Below, in pieces: positions 1 to 8,643 of a stretch of 27,644 nucleotides of DNA; positions within the stretch are counted from its first letter, which is position 1, and each line of letters opens with the position of its first letter. Under the pieces are notes generated by a model, which did not search any database, was not told where the DNA came from, and saw only the letters and a list, made by a program, of their open reading frames with translations. The position numbers were made by a program, and so were the translations under genes. The DNA is from a virus (lineage: Duplodnaviria; Caudoviricetes): IMG/VR virus record IMGVR_UViG_3300017740_000057, positions 1 through 27,644 of that record; one strand, written 5' to 3'.

Positions 1-2
1 CT

Positions 3-257
3 GGAACTACAGGAATTATATATATAAATGGAGATGCTAAAACTACAACTAAAGCAGATACATCAAGTGGATTTACTGGGTTTAATACAACAGAATCAAA
101 TTTAGCATCTAATGTACAAATTGGTAAAAATATAGATGGTAGTTCTAATCCTTTTAATGGAATTATAGATGAAGTAAAAATTTATAATAAAAAACTTTCT
201 CCATCAGAAGTATCAAAAAATCATAAGCATGGCAAAGGAAAGCATAAAAATGACTAA
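3..257 (+). CDS. C-terminal end of a LamG/concanavalin-A-like lectin domain protein (tail/virion protein), 5'-truncated
   Basis: Manual translation of frame 3: ...IYINGD...VQIGKNIDGSSNPFNGIIDEVKIYNKKLSPSEV...KND*. This has the LamG_3 signature (YING / IG / F.G.IDEV.IY...LS..EV). Not in the ORF track. Confidence 0.8.
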   Translation, partial: GTTGIIYINGDAKTTTKADTSSGFTGFNTTESNLASNVQIGKNIDGSSNPFNGIIDEVKIYNKKLSPSEVSKNHKHGKGKHKND

Positions 258-792
258 TACATATTTAATATTAACAAAAGCTAAATGGGAGTCAGCATTA
301 CCAAGCAAACTCAAAACTGCTGATAGATTGTCTTGGAATGAATACACTTATAAGGATGTAGAAAAAACTGCTACAAGAATGGTAGACAAATACGATTACA
401 CGCCATCAGATGATAACACAAAAGCAGAGATAAAGGCTTATATGGACGATTGTGACGTAGATTATTCATCAAGCGATACTAAAGCTGAGTTATTAGAAAA
501 ACTCATGTTAGAGCCTCATTCTACACCGCAAGTTGAAGAAGAGTATAAATACACAACTCAAGAAGTAGATACCACTACTTTACAATCGCCAACTTGGAAA
601 GAGTGTGCGTTTAAACATGGGAAACTTGGTAGTCCAAGATGGAACAAAGACAACACAAAAGTTCTTGTTAAATATGAATTAGCAATAGCAGATGGAACAT
701 TAGACCAAGTAAAAGGAGTAAGCGGTATTACTGCCTTGTCTCATGGTGAAGCTATAAATGAAATGAAAAAGGATGAATGGTCTGGTGAATAA
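250..792 (+). CDS. Hypothetical phage protein with an internal HeH/LEM/SAP-like helical motif
   Basis: ORF 229..792; the ATG at 250 overlaps the upstream stop and is the likelier start. Internal segment TKAEIKAYMDDCDVDYSSSDTKAELLEKL. Confidence 0.65.
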   Translation: MTNTYLILTKAKWESALPSKLKTADRLSWNEYTYKDVEKTATRMVDKYDYTPSDDNTKAEIKAYMDDCDVDYSSSDTKAELLEKLMLEPHSTPQVEEEYKYTTQEVDTTTLQSPTWKECAFKHGKLGSPRWNKDNTKVLVKYELAIADGTLDQVKGVSGITALSHGEAINEMKKDEWSGE

Positions 793-1276
793 TAAGGGTA
801 ATTCACTTGCTGAGTTTGCTGTTACTATGGCTATCATGGCTACTCTTGCAACTACTTCTGCTCCTGCTTTTAGTAGAATTGGTGAAGGGGCTAAAGCTAA
901 AAAAACTAAAGCTAATTTAGAAAAAATAGTAAAAGCATCTTCAATGTGGTACAATCAACAAGTTGAAGAATATGGAATGGGTAAATTTCCATCTCAGCCA
1001 CATCGGACAGTTAGTGTAGGCGAAGTTATTGATTATAATGGCAATCGTAGAATAGAGACAAACGAGATACTTGATGGTGTTTATGTTCCTGTGTTTAGTG
1101 ACACTAGCTTTTTACATCTTTTTGATAATGACACAATTAAGTCACCTTATCAAGAAGGTAGATATTTATATGCAATATTAGGTGGTTCTGGAACAGGTAA
1201 TGCAATCGTATCACCTATATTTGTTGTAATAGACGAAGAGAACCCAGAGGACTTTTATAAATACTACAAACCATAG
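785..1276 (+). CDS. Type IV pilin/pseudopilin-like protein
   Basis: Short basic leader, G at -1, E at +5 and a hydrophobic helix with Pro near +22: NNKG|NSLAEFAVTMAIMATLATTSAPAF, then an amphipathic helix (AKAKKTKANLEKI). Start is GTG 785 or ATG 773. Confidence 0.75.
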   Translation: MNNKGNSLAEFAVTMAIMATLATTSAPAFSRIGEGAKAKKTKANLEKIVKASSMWYNQQVEEYGMGKFPSQPHRTVSVGEVIDYNGNRRIETNEILDGVYVPVFSDTSFLHLFDNDTIKSPYQEGRYLYAILGGSGTGNAIVSPIFVVIDEENPEDFYKYYKP

Positions 1277-1279
1277 TTT

Positions 1280-1600
1280 ATGGATGAAAAAAATCAAACA
1301 GCAAGGAGTTACAAAGCGGGAATTATTGATGATAATTTTTCCATTCATCTTAATATTAAGTGGCTTATTCAACTGTGCGTGGCTGTCTCTGCTGTTGTTT
1401 ATGGATACATGGAGGTTGCAAATCGCATTGGAGAACTTGAGCGTAGAATGGAACTTGCTAATACTAACATTGAAGACCTTGTAAGTAAACATATAATAGA
1501 AGAAGAAAAAAAAATGTCAGCAATGGAACAACAGTTGGATTGGTACAAAAAAGAACTTAATTTAAACCCATTAAGTTGGGGTAAAAAAAGGAAAAAATAA
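1280..1600 (+). CDS. Membrane-anchored coiled-coil protein
   Basis: One TM segment (WLIQLCVAVSAVVYGYM), then a heptad-rich region and a basic C-terminus. Confidence 0.7.
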   Translation: MDEKNQTARSYKAGIIDDNFSIHLNIKWLIQLCVAVSAVVYGYMEVANRIGELERRMELANTNIEDLVSKHIIEEEKKMSAMEQQLDWYKKELNLNPLSWGKKRKK

Positions 1601-1719
1601 TGAGTCCATTACCATTTCATTGTATGATATGTGATAAATATTGTAGTAAACCATTTAATGGACTATGTGAAAAATGTCAAAGAGAAGAAATAACAGCTTA
1701 TAAGGAAGAAGAAGAATAA
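1600..1719 (+). CDS. Small Cys-rich (CxxC...CxxC) protein, 39 aa
   Basis: MSPLPFHCMICDKYCSKPFNGLCEKCQREEITAYKEEEE*; TAATG-coupled at both ends. Not in the ORF track. Confidence 0.7.
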   Translation: MSPLPFHCMICDKYCSKPFNGLCEKCQREEITAYKEEEE

Positions 1720-2036
1720 TGGATTTTTTAGCAATATATTCAGAAGCAGGAATGATAGGTGTTGTTGGAGCAATGTTTGTATTTATGGTTTATTCAATGA
1801 ACAAGAGAGGAAATGAGCAAGCAAAAGCGTTAAAAGAGTTAGAAGTAGAAAATAAAGGACAAAGTGAAACTTTAGAAAATATGGAAGGCATGGTTATTAA
1901 GCTTATTGGGAGATGGAATCAATCAGATGACAAACTTGATAGGAAATTTGATGCACTTAATAAAGAAATAAACGATTTAGATAACCAAGTCTCTGAAATA
2001 AAAGGCAGTTTATCTAGAGTAAATGGGAAACATTAA
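1719..2036 (+). CDS. Membrane-anchored coiled-coil protein (holin- or i-spanin-like topology)
   Basis: N-terminal TM (AGMIGVVGAMFVFMVYSM) and C-terminal coiled coil; TAATG-coupled. Confidence 0.65.
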   Translation: MDFLAIYSEAGMIGVVGAMFVFMVYSMNKRGNEQAKALKELEVENKGQSETLENMEGMVIKLIGRWNQSDDKLDRKFDALNKEINDLDNQVSEIKGSLSRVNGKH

Positions 2037-2311
2037 TGGCTAAATCACCAGCATGGCAAAGAAAAGAAGGGAAATCTAAAAGCGGTGGCTTAAACGCTAA
2101 AGGAAGAGCAAGTTATAATAAGTCTACTGGAGGCAAACTAAAAGCACCTGTTACTAAAAAAAATCCTACTGGAAAAGCTAAATCAAGAAGAAAAAGTTTT
2201 TGTGCACGCATGTGCGGTATGAAAAAAAGGTTAACTAGTACTAAAACAGCTAGAGACCCTAATAGTAGAATAAATAAAGCTCTCCGTAAATGGAGATGTA
2301 AATGCAGTTAA
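2036..2311 (+). CDS. Small basic phage protein (DUF6321-like)
   Basis: AWQRKEGK...GGLNAKGRASY...RRKSFCARM...SRINKALRKW.C resembles a family common in aquatic phages. The family name is from memory. Confidence 0.7.
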   Translation: MAKSPAWQRKEGKSKSGGLNAKGRASYNKSTGGKLKAPVTKKNPTGKAKSRRKSFCARMCGMKKRLTSTKTARDPNSRINKALRKWRCKCS

Positions 2312-2323
2312 CAAGGAGTTATT

Positions 2324-2431
2324 ATGCCTAAAGTAGGAAAAAAGAAATTCTCTTATACTAAAAAAGGGAAAACTGATGCTAAAAAGTATGCTAAAAAAAC
2401 TGGTAAAAGGATGAAAAAAAGTGGCTACTAA
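2324..2431 (+). CDS. Small Lys-rich protein, 35 aa
   Basis: MPKVGKKKFSYTKKGKTDAKKYAKKTGKRMKKSGY*; SD AAGGAG upstream. Not in the ORF track. Confidence 0.7.
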   Translation: MPKVGKKKFSYTKKGKTDAKKYAKKTGKRMKKSGY

Positions 2432-2588
2432 AGGAGCAAAAAAAAAGAAAGGCTTGTATGCAAACATACATGCAAAGCGTAAAAGAATAAAAGCTGGAAG
2501 CGGTGAAAAAATGCGAAAAGCTGGTAGTAAAGGTGCTCCCACAAATAAAGCATTTAAGCGTTCAGCTAAGACAGCAAAGAAAAAATAA
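2421..2588 (+). CDS. Small Lys/Arg-rich protein, 55 aa
   Basis: GTG start; MATKGAKKKKGLYANIHAKRKRIKAGSGEKMRKAGSKGAPTNKAFKRSAKTAKKK*; stop coupled to the next ATG. Not in the ORF track. Confidence 0.7.
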   Translation: MATKGAKKKKGLYANIHAKRKRIKAGSGEKMRKAGSKGAPTNKAFKRSAKTAKKK

Positions 2589-2734
2589 TGGATAGTTTAA
2601 AAGTTAGTACATTAAGCGTTAGTTCTAGTATGGTCTATTGGCTTGATATAATTCCAGCAGTACTTATGTCTATTATGTTTGTAATGAATATAGTATATTT
2701 GTATTGGAAAATAAAAAAGATAAAGGAGTCCTAA
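2588..2734 (+). CDS. Small membrane protein, 48 aa (holin-like)
   Basis: MDSLKVSTLSVSSSMVYWLDIIPAVLMSIMFVMNIVYLYWKIKKIKES*: hydrophobic helix and basic tail. Not in the ORF track. Confidence 0.65.
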   Translation: MDSLKVSTLSVSSSMVYWLDIIPAVLMSIMFVMNIVYLYWKIKKIKES

Positions 2735-2959
2735 ATGGATATTAAAGGAGTATTAATAAAGTTAGCTGAAGAACAAGCTGAAAAAATTCAAAAAGAAGCT
2801 ATTCAGTCTTTAGCAAGTGATGAGATGACAGATAAGATAGCAACAGCTATTAATAAAAGAATAGATATACCTTTTGTTAGTGAAGATAAAGAACAGATTT
2901 TCTTTGAAAAGCTTGTTGATGTAGTTACTGACATACTTGAAGGTTTATTTAAGAAATAG
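2735..2959 (+). CDS. Hypothetical protein
   Basis: 74 aa ORF with SD AAGGAG upstream. Confidence 0.75.
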   Translation: MDIKGVLIKLAEEQAEKIQKEAIQSLASDEMTDKIATAINKRIDIPFVSEDKEQIFFEKLVDVVTDILEGLFKK

Positions 2960-2960
2960 C

Positions 2961-3020
2961 TTAGTGGGGCGAGCAGTAATCTGCTTTCTCCTCCTTGGCT
3001 TTTATTGCAAGCCCTGCTAG
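2961..3020 (+). promoter_or_regulatory. GC-rich intergenic stem-loop
   Basis: TTAGTGGGGC can pair with GCCCTGCTAG (with GU pairs). Inner AGCAG-TAAT-CTGCT hairpin and a TTCTCCTCCTT tract. Confidence 0.45.
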
Positions 3021-3022
3021 TT

Positions 3023-3295
3023 ATGAGCAAACAGAGAATTAAAGGATTTAGTATTAAAGGGACTAAATCAAGTCTTGAAACGCCAGATAATTGTTACTAT
3101 TGCGGTAGTGATGATATTGTAGGCGTAGAAATACTTGGTGCTCTTAATGAGCCTTTAATATGGGAGTGTGGGCATTGTGGCGAGCATATGCTTAAATATG
3201 ATAGAGAAAAAACAAAAAAACTGTTAGATAAAGCTCCAGAGCTTGATATAACAAAGGAGGAATGGGAATTAGCATGGCAAGGAAAACCAAACTAA
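3023..3295 (+). CDS. Zinc-ribbon protein
   Basis: CYYC...WECGHC; ATG at 3023 preferred to the 3005 start given in the track. Confidence 0.7.
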   Translation: MSKQRIKGFSIKGTKSSLETPDNCYYCGSDDIVGVEILGALNEPLIWECGHCGEHMLKYDREKTKKLLDKAPELDITKEEWELAWQGKPN

Positions 3296-4059
3296 AAACC
3301 AAAAGAGCAATAGTAACACCTGATAAACATTTTCCATTGCATGATGTACCTGCAATAAATGTACTTTGTCAGGCTATTGAAAAAGTTAAGCCAGACATTT
3401 ATGTAGATTTAGGTGATGTAGGTGAATTTGAAAGCGTAAGTCATTGGCAGTGGCGAAAAAAGAAAAGACCGCCATTAGAATATCAATTACCTTTTGTAGA
3501 TGAAGAAATTGCAAAAGTAAATAAAGGAATGGATATAATAGACAAATCACTTGATAAAGCAAAAGTAAAAGAAAGACATTTTTGTGAAGGCAACCACGAT
3601 GATTGGTTAAATAGATTTGTTGAAGAAAACCCTTATCTTACTAAGTATAAGTTTAAAGATGCTGTAAGATTAAAAGAAAGAGGATATAAGTATCATCCCT
3701 GTGGTAAGTTATTTAATATTGGTAATCTTTACTTTTATCATGGGCACCATTTTGCTGGCATGACTCACACTAGAAATCATTTACTTAGAATGGGTTGTAA
3801 TGTTATGTATGGACATCATCATGATATGCAACAATCAAGTGTGACTCATATGGATGGGCCTAAGTCAGCTTGGTCTATAGGGTGTTTAAAAGATATGACA
3901 TCTGAAGCCAATGCTTGGTTAAATAACAGACAACATAATTGGCAACTTGGATTTGCTATTGTAAACTTTTACGATAAGGGTAATTTTAATGTAGAGGTCT
4001 GTACAATTATAAATGGAAAAACAGTTGTAGATGGGGAGTTATTAGACGGCAATGCCTAG
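3262..4059 (+). CDS. Calcineurin-like metallophosphoesterase
   Basis: All five metal-binding motifs in order: DKH, GD, GNHD, HGH, GHHH. Start is 3262 or 3274. Confidence 0.9.
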   Translation: MGISMARKTKLKTKRAIVTPDKHFPLHDVPAINVLCQAIEKVKPDIYVDLGDVGEFESVSHWQWRKKKRPPLEYQLPFVDEEIAKVNKGMDIIDKSLDKAKVKERHFCEGNHDDWLNRFVEENPYLTKYKFKDAVRLKERGYKYHPCGKLFNIGNLYFYHGHHFAGMTHTRNHLLRMGCNVMYGHHHDMQQSSVTHMDGPKSAWSIGCLKDMTSEANAWLNNRQHNWQLGFAIVNFYDKGNFNVEVCTIINGKTVVDGELLDGNA

Positions 4060-4294
4060 AATGGTTGCAGAAATAAAAAACTTTGGAGTGGGTATAGTAG
4101 CTACACCTGATAGTAAAGATATACCCACAGATGCTTCTGATTATTCATTAAATGTAGAACCTGTGTCTAGCAATGGAATGATAAAGGGAAGAAAAACAGA
4201 TAATTACGCAAAGTCTCTTGGTGGTTTTGATGGTACATCAACAGGTGTTTCTTCTGTTTCAAAAACAATAATTCAAAGGCTCCCAACTAACTAA
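4052..4294 (+). CDS. Small protein resembling the N-terminus of podovirus tail nozzle/stabilisation proteins
   Basis: MPR...IKNF..GI...PD..DIP.......NV......G.I pattern; TAATG-coupled to the 1449 aa gene. Confidence 0.55.
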   Translation: MPRMVAEIKNFGVGIVATPDSKDIPTDASDYSLNVEPVSSNGMIKGRKTDNYAKSLGGFDGTSTGVSSVSKTIIQRLPTN

Positions 4295-7200
4295 TGTCTA
4301 AATTTAATGAAACAAAATTTAAAATAACTGGTACATATAATAATGTAAATAAATTTGTATATCAAGCAAAAATGAATACTGCTCCAAGAGGGGTTACTAG
4401 TGGTTCAACATTTAAAAATACTGTAGAATATAAAATAAGTAATATTGATAGAAAAATAGTATTAAAACTTACTCATAATTCTGCAATAGTTACAGTAAGA
4501 AGTCAAAAAGCAGACGGTACTTATGAAGATAGTACTAGTGGATATCCTTTATTTGTTGGAGATAAAATATTTGAAATATCTGATATTACAAATCAAAGTT
4601 CAGAAATAGGTAAAATAGCAAGTATAACTAGCGGAACAGAAGGCGTTAATGTAAAAACATTTAATTTAGTTACTTATGTTACTTTAAATCAAGGTTCTGG
4701 AACTATAGATTCTCTTGTTAATTATAAGGCTCAATATTCATCAGCTATTGATTTATCTACAATAGCGACATCAAGTAATGCTCATACTTCAACAAAATTA
4801 TTTGGATTATCTTTTTATTATGAAGATGGAGCAACAGTGCAAAATTGGCCAAGTCATTTAAGCACAGTGGCTAGTTCTACTTATTATGAAGTTTTTAGTT
4901 TTACTGCATATCCTCAAAAAAGTTTTATAGCAAACAAGCTTGGTAAATTAATTAAAAATGGTATTTATAATATTATTGGTTGGAATAAAGTATCTAATAC
5001 TATAAAAATACTTAAAGATGTTTACAATGAAAATAACTCAAGTACTCAAATAGTTGAGCAAAATGTAAGTTTAGGTGATTTTAATATTTCAGGTAATTTA
5101 ACTTTTGACAATAGAGGAGATGATTTATATATTGGTACGGGTAAAAATTCAAACCCTATATATTATGGATATCCAAATGTTACTCAATTTGGTAAAAGAA
5201 GTAGCGCTACTGCAGTTTTAACAGACGGGCCAACATTAATAAACAAAAGCGTTATACCAAAATTTGAACAATTTATAATCCCTCCTCCGTCAAGTGCTAA
5301 TGCTGATGATTGGTACTTAAATGATATTTCTCAAGGTGCTTGGAATATTACTAATGAAACTCAAACAATAATAGGATATGAAAGGAATAGTCCCTATCTA
5401 CTAAAAGCATCAAAAGGAAGTGGTGTTCAAAATGCTTTTTTTGCTAAAGGTAATATAACAGCTATTAGGCATAACAATAGAGATGCTAATACTGTATGGG
5501 TTTTAGCTAATGCACAAACTCATTATTTATTAATGTTAGTAAATACATATACAATGAGTATTCATAGTAACAGAATATACAGAATTATTAGCGCAACAGG
5601 GGAGCAATATATACCTTCAGCTAGCTCTAATGAAGTCTTGTTAACAGATGTTTTATATCAGTATCTAGCTGGAACACCGGGTGATAAAAGATTATATATA
5701 CAAGCATCAGATAAAGATATAGATAGTAAAGAATTATCTGAATCTGTATTTGGAAATGATATACTCAATAAACAAGCATATATATGGAGAAGTGCAGATA
5801 TAGATACAGCACCAACTTCTGTTCCAACTATAGGTTGGACAGATTTAGAGTTTACTAATATTACTCCTAGTATGTCACCTTCTGTTAAAACAGTTTTAAC
5901 TAGTCCTGTAGAAAATGAAGAAAGAACTCCTTACTGGTATTATTATGAAAGCGGGACTCAAACAACTGATGGAGAAAGACCGGGAGACCAAGACCAGACT
6001 AGAAGCATTATTCAAAAAGATGGATTTTCTACTATTGAAAAATTACTTACAGGCGAAGAATTTCCTTTATTACAAACTCCTGCAAAAAGAGGTTTAATTG
6101 ATTATTCTTTAGGTCATCAAGCAGTAGGTGTCATTATACCCTATACTGAAAATTCAGTAACTACTAATAGCATTATAAAAGAATCAGGCGAGTTACAAGA
6201 ATATGAAGAAATAGATGGAGGAGATAGGTCTGTTGTAAGTGTTCAAGGTTATAAAATAGGCCCACTTGTTACTCAAAGTATATCTATACCAAATGCTAAC
6301 GATAGTAATAATCATCAAACTTTAAGAAATTTAGATGTTTTATTAGGTAGTCATATTCAAATTATTAACAATGCACCAAATGCAATAAGCGGTAGAGAAT
6401 CAAATCCAACTCCTGTAAAAAGAATGAGTCTTAGTACTAGTACTGATGATACAGCTTTGTTAAATACATTAGACGATGTTTCTAGTGATGGCTCTCTAAA
6501 TATCTATGGAGATGGCGCTCAATTTACTGAGTTTAACTCTGCATCAACTATAATCTCTGGAAATGATTATCCCTTAGGACTAGCTGTAACAGAAGGCTCT
6601 AGAGTACATACTTGGCATATATCTCAAGGTAGTGATTTTGGCAGTGGTAACTCTGTTACCAATGGAACAGCTACTGGCTCACAAAGTCTTGGTTCTAACC
6701 AATGGGCTCTTACACTTGCAAGCGGTGCTAGCGGTACAGATGATGTATATAATAATAAATACATTATTATTACTAGCGGAAAAGGAGCCGGTAGCCAAGC
6801 TAAAATAACCGACTATGTTGGTGGAACTAAAAAAGCTTATTTTACCGCAAGTGTTGGACAAGCTTATGATAATACAAGTGTATATTATATAATTAATTCA
6901 CCAAGAAAAGACCAATCAAATAAAATTATACAAGAAGGTCATTTTTATGCAAGTACATTTGAAAAAACAATTCCTTTTAATTTATCAAATGTCACAATAC
7001 CTCATAAAACCTTTACGCCAAGTAATGCATTAGGGAATCAAGAAATTGAAACAGTTCCTCCAGCTATGCTTGCTTCTCAATCAATTCCATTTGACGAACA
7101 AACTTATTCTACAGATAATAGTATTGAAGGAGTAGCTCATGTAACAGCAGTAATATATCCTAATGATGAATTTAATTTATATTATAAACATAAATTATTT

Positions 7201-8643
7201 ACAGAAGCCTCTAATGTTGTATGGGATTATTTAACCACTTTATCTACTATAAAAATAGCAGTCATAGATAGTACTTTATCTATTAAAGATAATTCTCAAT
7301 TACTTCCAGATAAAAATGAAGGAGACGATAGTCACTATAAAAGTAAGTTTTATAGAATATCTTTAATGTATGATGGGTACCAAGAAAGTAGATTGAGTAA
7401 AACTATTTATTCTTCACCAACTAATCCTCATGCGGAAGGGCAAAATATAGAAGTTAAAGTATTGCCAAATAAACTAAATCCAAGAATAAGTCATATAAAT
7501 ATATACAGAGGTACTGCATTATCAGGTACTGCTGTTCAAGCAGATAGTTCATATAATCTTGTTAAATCTATTCCTTTTAATGGAGACGGTTGGATTGAAA
7601 CATCAGATAGTTACTTATCTCTTGACATTGAAGACAATAAAGGAGATAATTTTGGTTCTTATGAAGGGTTAACAGGTATTTCAGCAGAAATGAATAGTAA
7701 TTGGTTAAATTATTCTTTATCTGAGCAATGTGCTGGATACTTATTTGTAGCTAAAGCAAATAATGCAGAAATATCTAATACTGATAATTATGTATTTAGA
7801 AGCAAAGCTGGAAAGTATAATATATTTAATTGGGCAAATGAATATTGCGCAATTCCAGAGAGCATTACTTGTTTACAAAGTTATAATAATTTTCTTTATG
7901 TTTTTAGTACATCTTCTGTTTATACTGTTAATCCTAACAATTTAAGTATAGTAGATAAAATGGAGGGCCAAGGTGTTTTATCTGACGATGGAGTAGTTTC
8001 TACCGATTATGGTATGTTTTTTGCAGATAAGTATGGGGCTTATGTGCATAATGGAAAAAGCGCTCAATTAATTAGTAGAGCAATAGAAGATACAGACAAC
8101 ACTGATTTAACTAATTATGTTTGGAATAATGTTAATTGGGAATTAAATCCGCCTAAATTAGCATTTGATTCTCAAAGAAAATCTTTATTAATATTTTTTG
8201 TATACAATAATAATTCATACGCTTGGGTATATAGTATTCTTCAAAAAAGATGGGACTTGTGGAGTTTTGACAACGAAGTCAAGGCTGTTATACGAGGTAA
8301 GTTTGGAGAAATTCTTGCATCAGACGGCAAACTATTCCAAGTAGGGACTGGAACTACTCGTAAGGCTTGGGAGTTCCAGTCCAAAAAAATAACAGCAGGG
8401 TTTGATACTTATGAAAAACAGTTTAAAGAAGTGCATTATGAAGGTACTAATTCACTTAGTACTACATATAAAACTTCTCTTGCAGATAGTAGTTGGAATG
8501 CATTAAGTTCTAATAGGCTAAATTCAGCTCATAGTAAGTCTAAATGGTTACAAATTAAAGTAGCCGATACTAGTGGCGCAAAACAATTAGAAAGCCTTGG
8601 TGTGCATTTTAGACCCCTTAGAGCTAAGAGTACTAAAGTATGA
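4294..8643 (+). CDS. Large tail protein (nozzle/stabilisation-protein-like, beta-rich)
   Basis: 1449 aa, S/T/N-rich beta-strand composition. The C-terminal ~350 aa have propeller-like strands (LFVA, LYVFS, GMFFADKYGAYVHNG, WVYS...RW, EFQSK, WLQIKV). Lies just upstream of the ejection-like genes. Confidence 0.65.
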   Translation: MSKFNETKFKITGTYNNVNKFVYQAKMNTAPRGVTSGSTFKNTVEYKISNIDRKIVLKLTHNSAIVTVRSQKADGTYEDSTSGYPLFVGDKIFEISDITNQSSEIGKIASITSGTEGVNVKTFNLVTYVTLNQGSGTIDSLVNYKAQYSSAIDLSTIATSSNAHTSTKLFGLSFYYEDGATVQNWPSHLSTVASSTYYEVFSFTAYPQKSFIANKLGKLIKNGIYNIIGWNKVSNTIKILKDVYNENNSSTQIVEQNVSLGDFNISGNLTFDNRGDDLYIGTGKNSNPIYYGYPNVTQFGKRSSATAVLTDGPTLINKSVIPKFEQFIIPPPSSANADDWYLNDISQGAWNITNETQTIIGYERNSPYLLKASKGSGVQNAFFAKGNITAIRHNNRDANTVWVLANAQTHYLLMLVNTYTMSIHSNRIYRIISATGEQYIPSASSNEVLLTDVLYQYLAGTPGDKRLYIQASDKDIDSKELSESVFGNDILNKQAYIWRSADIDTAPTSVPTIGWTDLEFTNITPSMSPSVKTVLTSPVENEERTPYWYYYESGTQTTDGERPGDQDQTRSIIQKDGFSTIEKLLTGEEFPLLQTPAKRGLIDYSLGHQAVGVIIPYTENSVTTNSIIKESGELQEYEEIDGGDRSVVSVQGYKIGPLVTQSISIPNANDSNNHQTLRNLDVLLGSHIQIINNAPNAISGRESNPTPVKRMSLSTSTDDTALLNTLDDVSSDGSLNIYGDGAQFTEFNSASTIISGNDYPLGLAVTEGSRVHTWHISQGSDFGSGNSVTNGTATGSQSLGSNQWALTLASGASGTDDVYNNKYIIITSGKGAGSQAKITDYVGGTKKAYFTASVGQAYDNTSVYYIINSPRKDQSNKIIQEGHFYASTFEKTIPFNLSNVTIPHKTFTPSNALGNQEIETVPPAMLASQSIPFDEQTYSTDNSIEGVAHVTAVIYPNDEFNLYYKHKLFTEASNVVWDYLTTLSTIKIAVIDSTLSIKDNSQLLPDKNEGDDSHYKSKFYRISLMYDGYQESRLSKTIYSSPTNPHAEGQNIEVKVLPNKLNPRISHINIYRGTALSGTAVQADSSYNLVKSIPFNGDGWIETSDSYLSLDIEDNKGDNFGSYEGLTGISAEMNSNWLNYSLSEQCAGYLFVAKANNAEISNTDNYVFRSKAGKYNIFNWANEYCAIPESITCLQSYNNFLYVFSTSSVYTVNPNNLSIVDKMEGQGVLSDDGVVSTDYGMFFADKYGAYVHNGKSAQLISRAIEDTDNTDLTNYVWNNVNWELNPPKLAFDSQRKSLLIFFVYNNNSYAWVYSILQKRWDLWSFDNEVKAVIRGKFGEILASDGKLFQVGTGTTRKAWEFQSKKITAGFDTYEKQFKEVHYEGTNSLSTTYKTSLADSSWNALSSNRLNSAHSKSKWLQIKVADTSGAKQLESLGVHFRPLRAKSTKV

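Noticed and set aside
1284-1484. Nested +1 ORF as a possible Rz1-like o-spanin lipoprotein
   Set aside because: LFNC is a poor lipobox, and the post-Cys sequence is Leu-rich like a typical shadow frame rather than a Pro-rich periplasmic peptide.
4260-4296. Programmed -1 frameshift fusing the 80 aa and 1449 aa ORFs
   Set aside because: A stop codon at 4288-4290 in the -1 frame blocks read-through, and there is no slippery heptamer at the junction.
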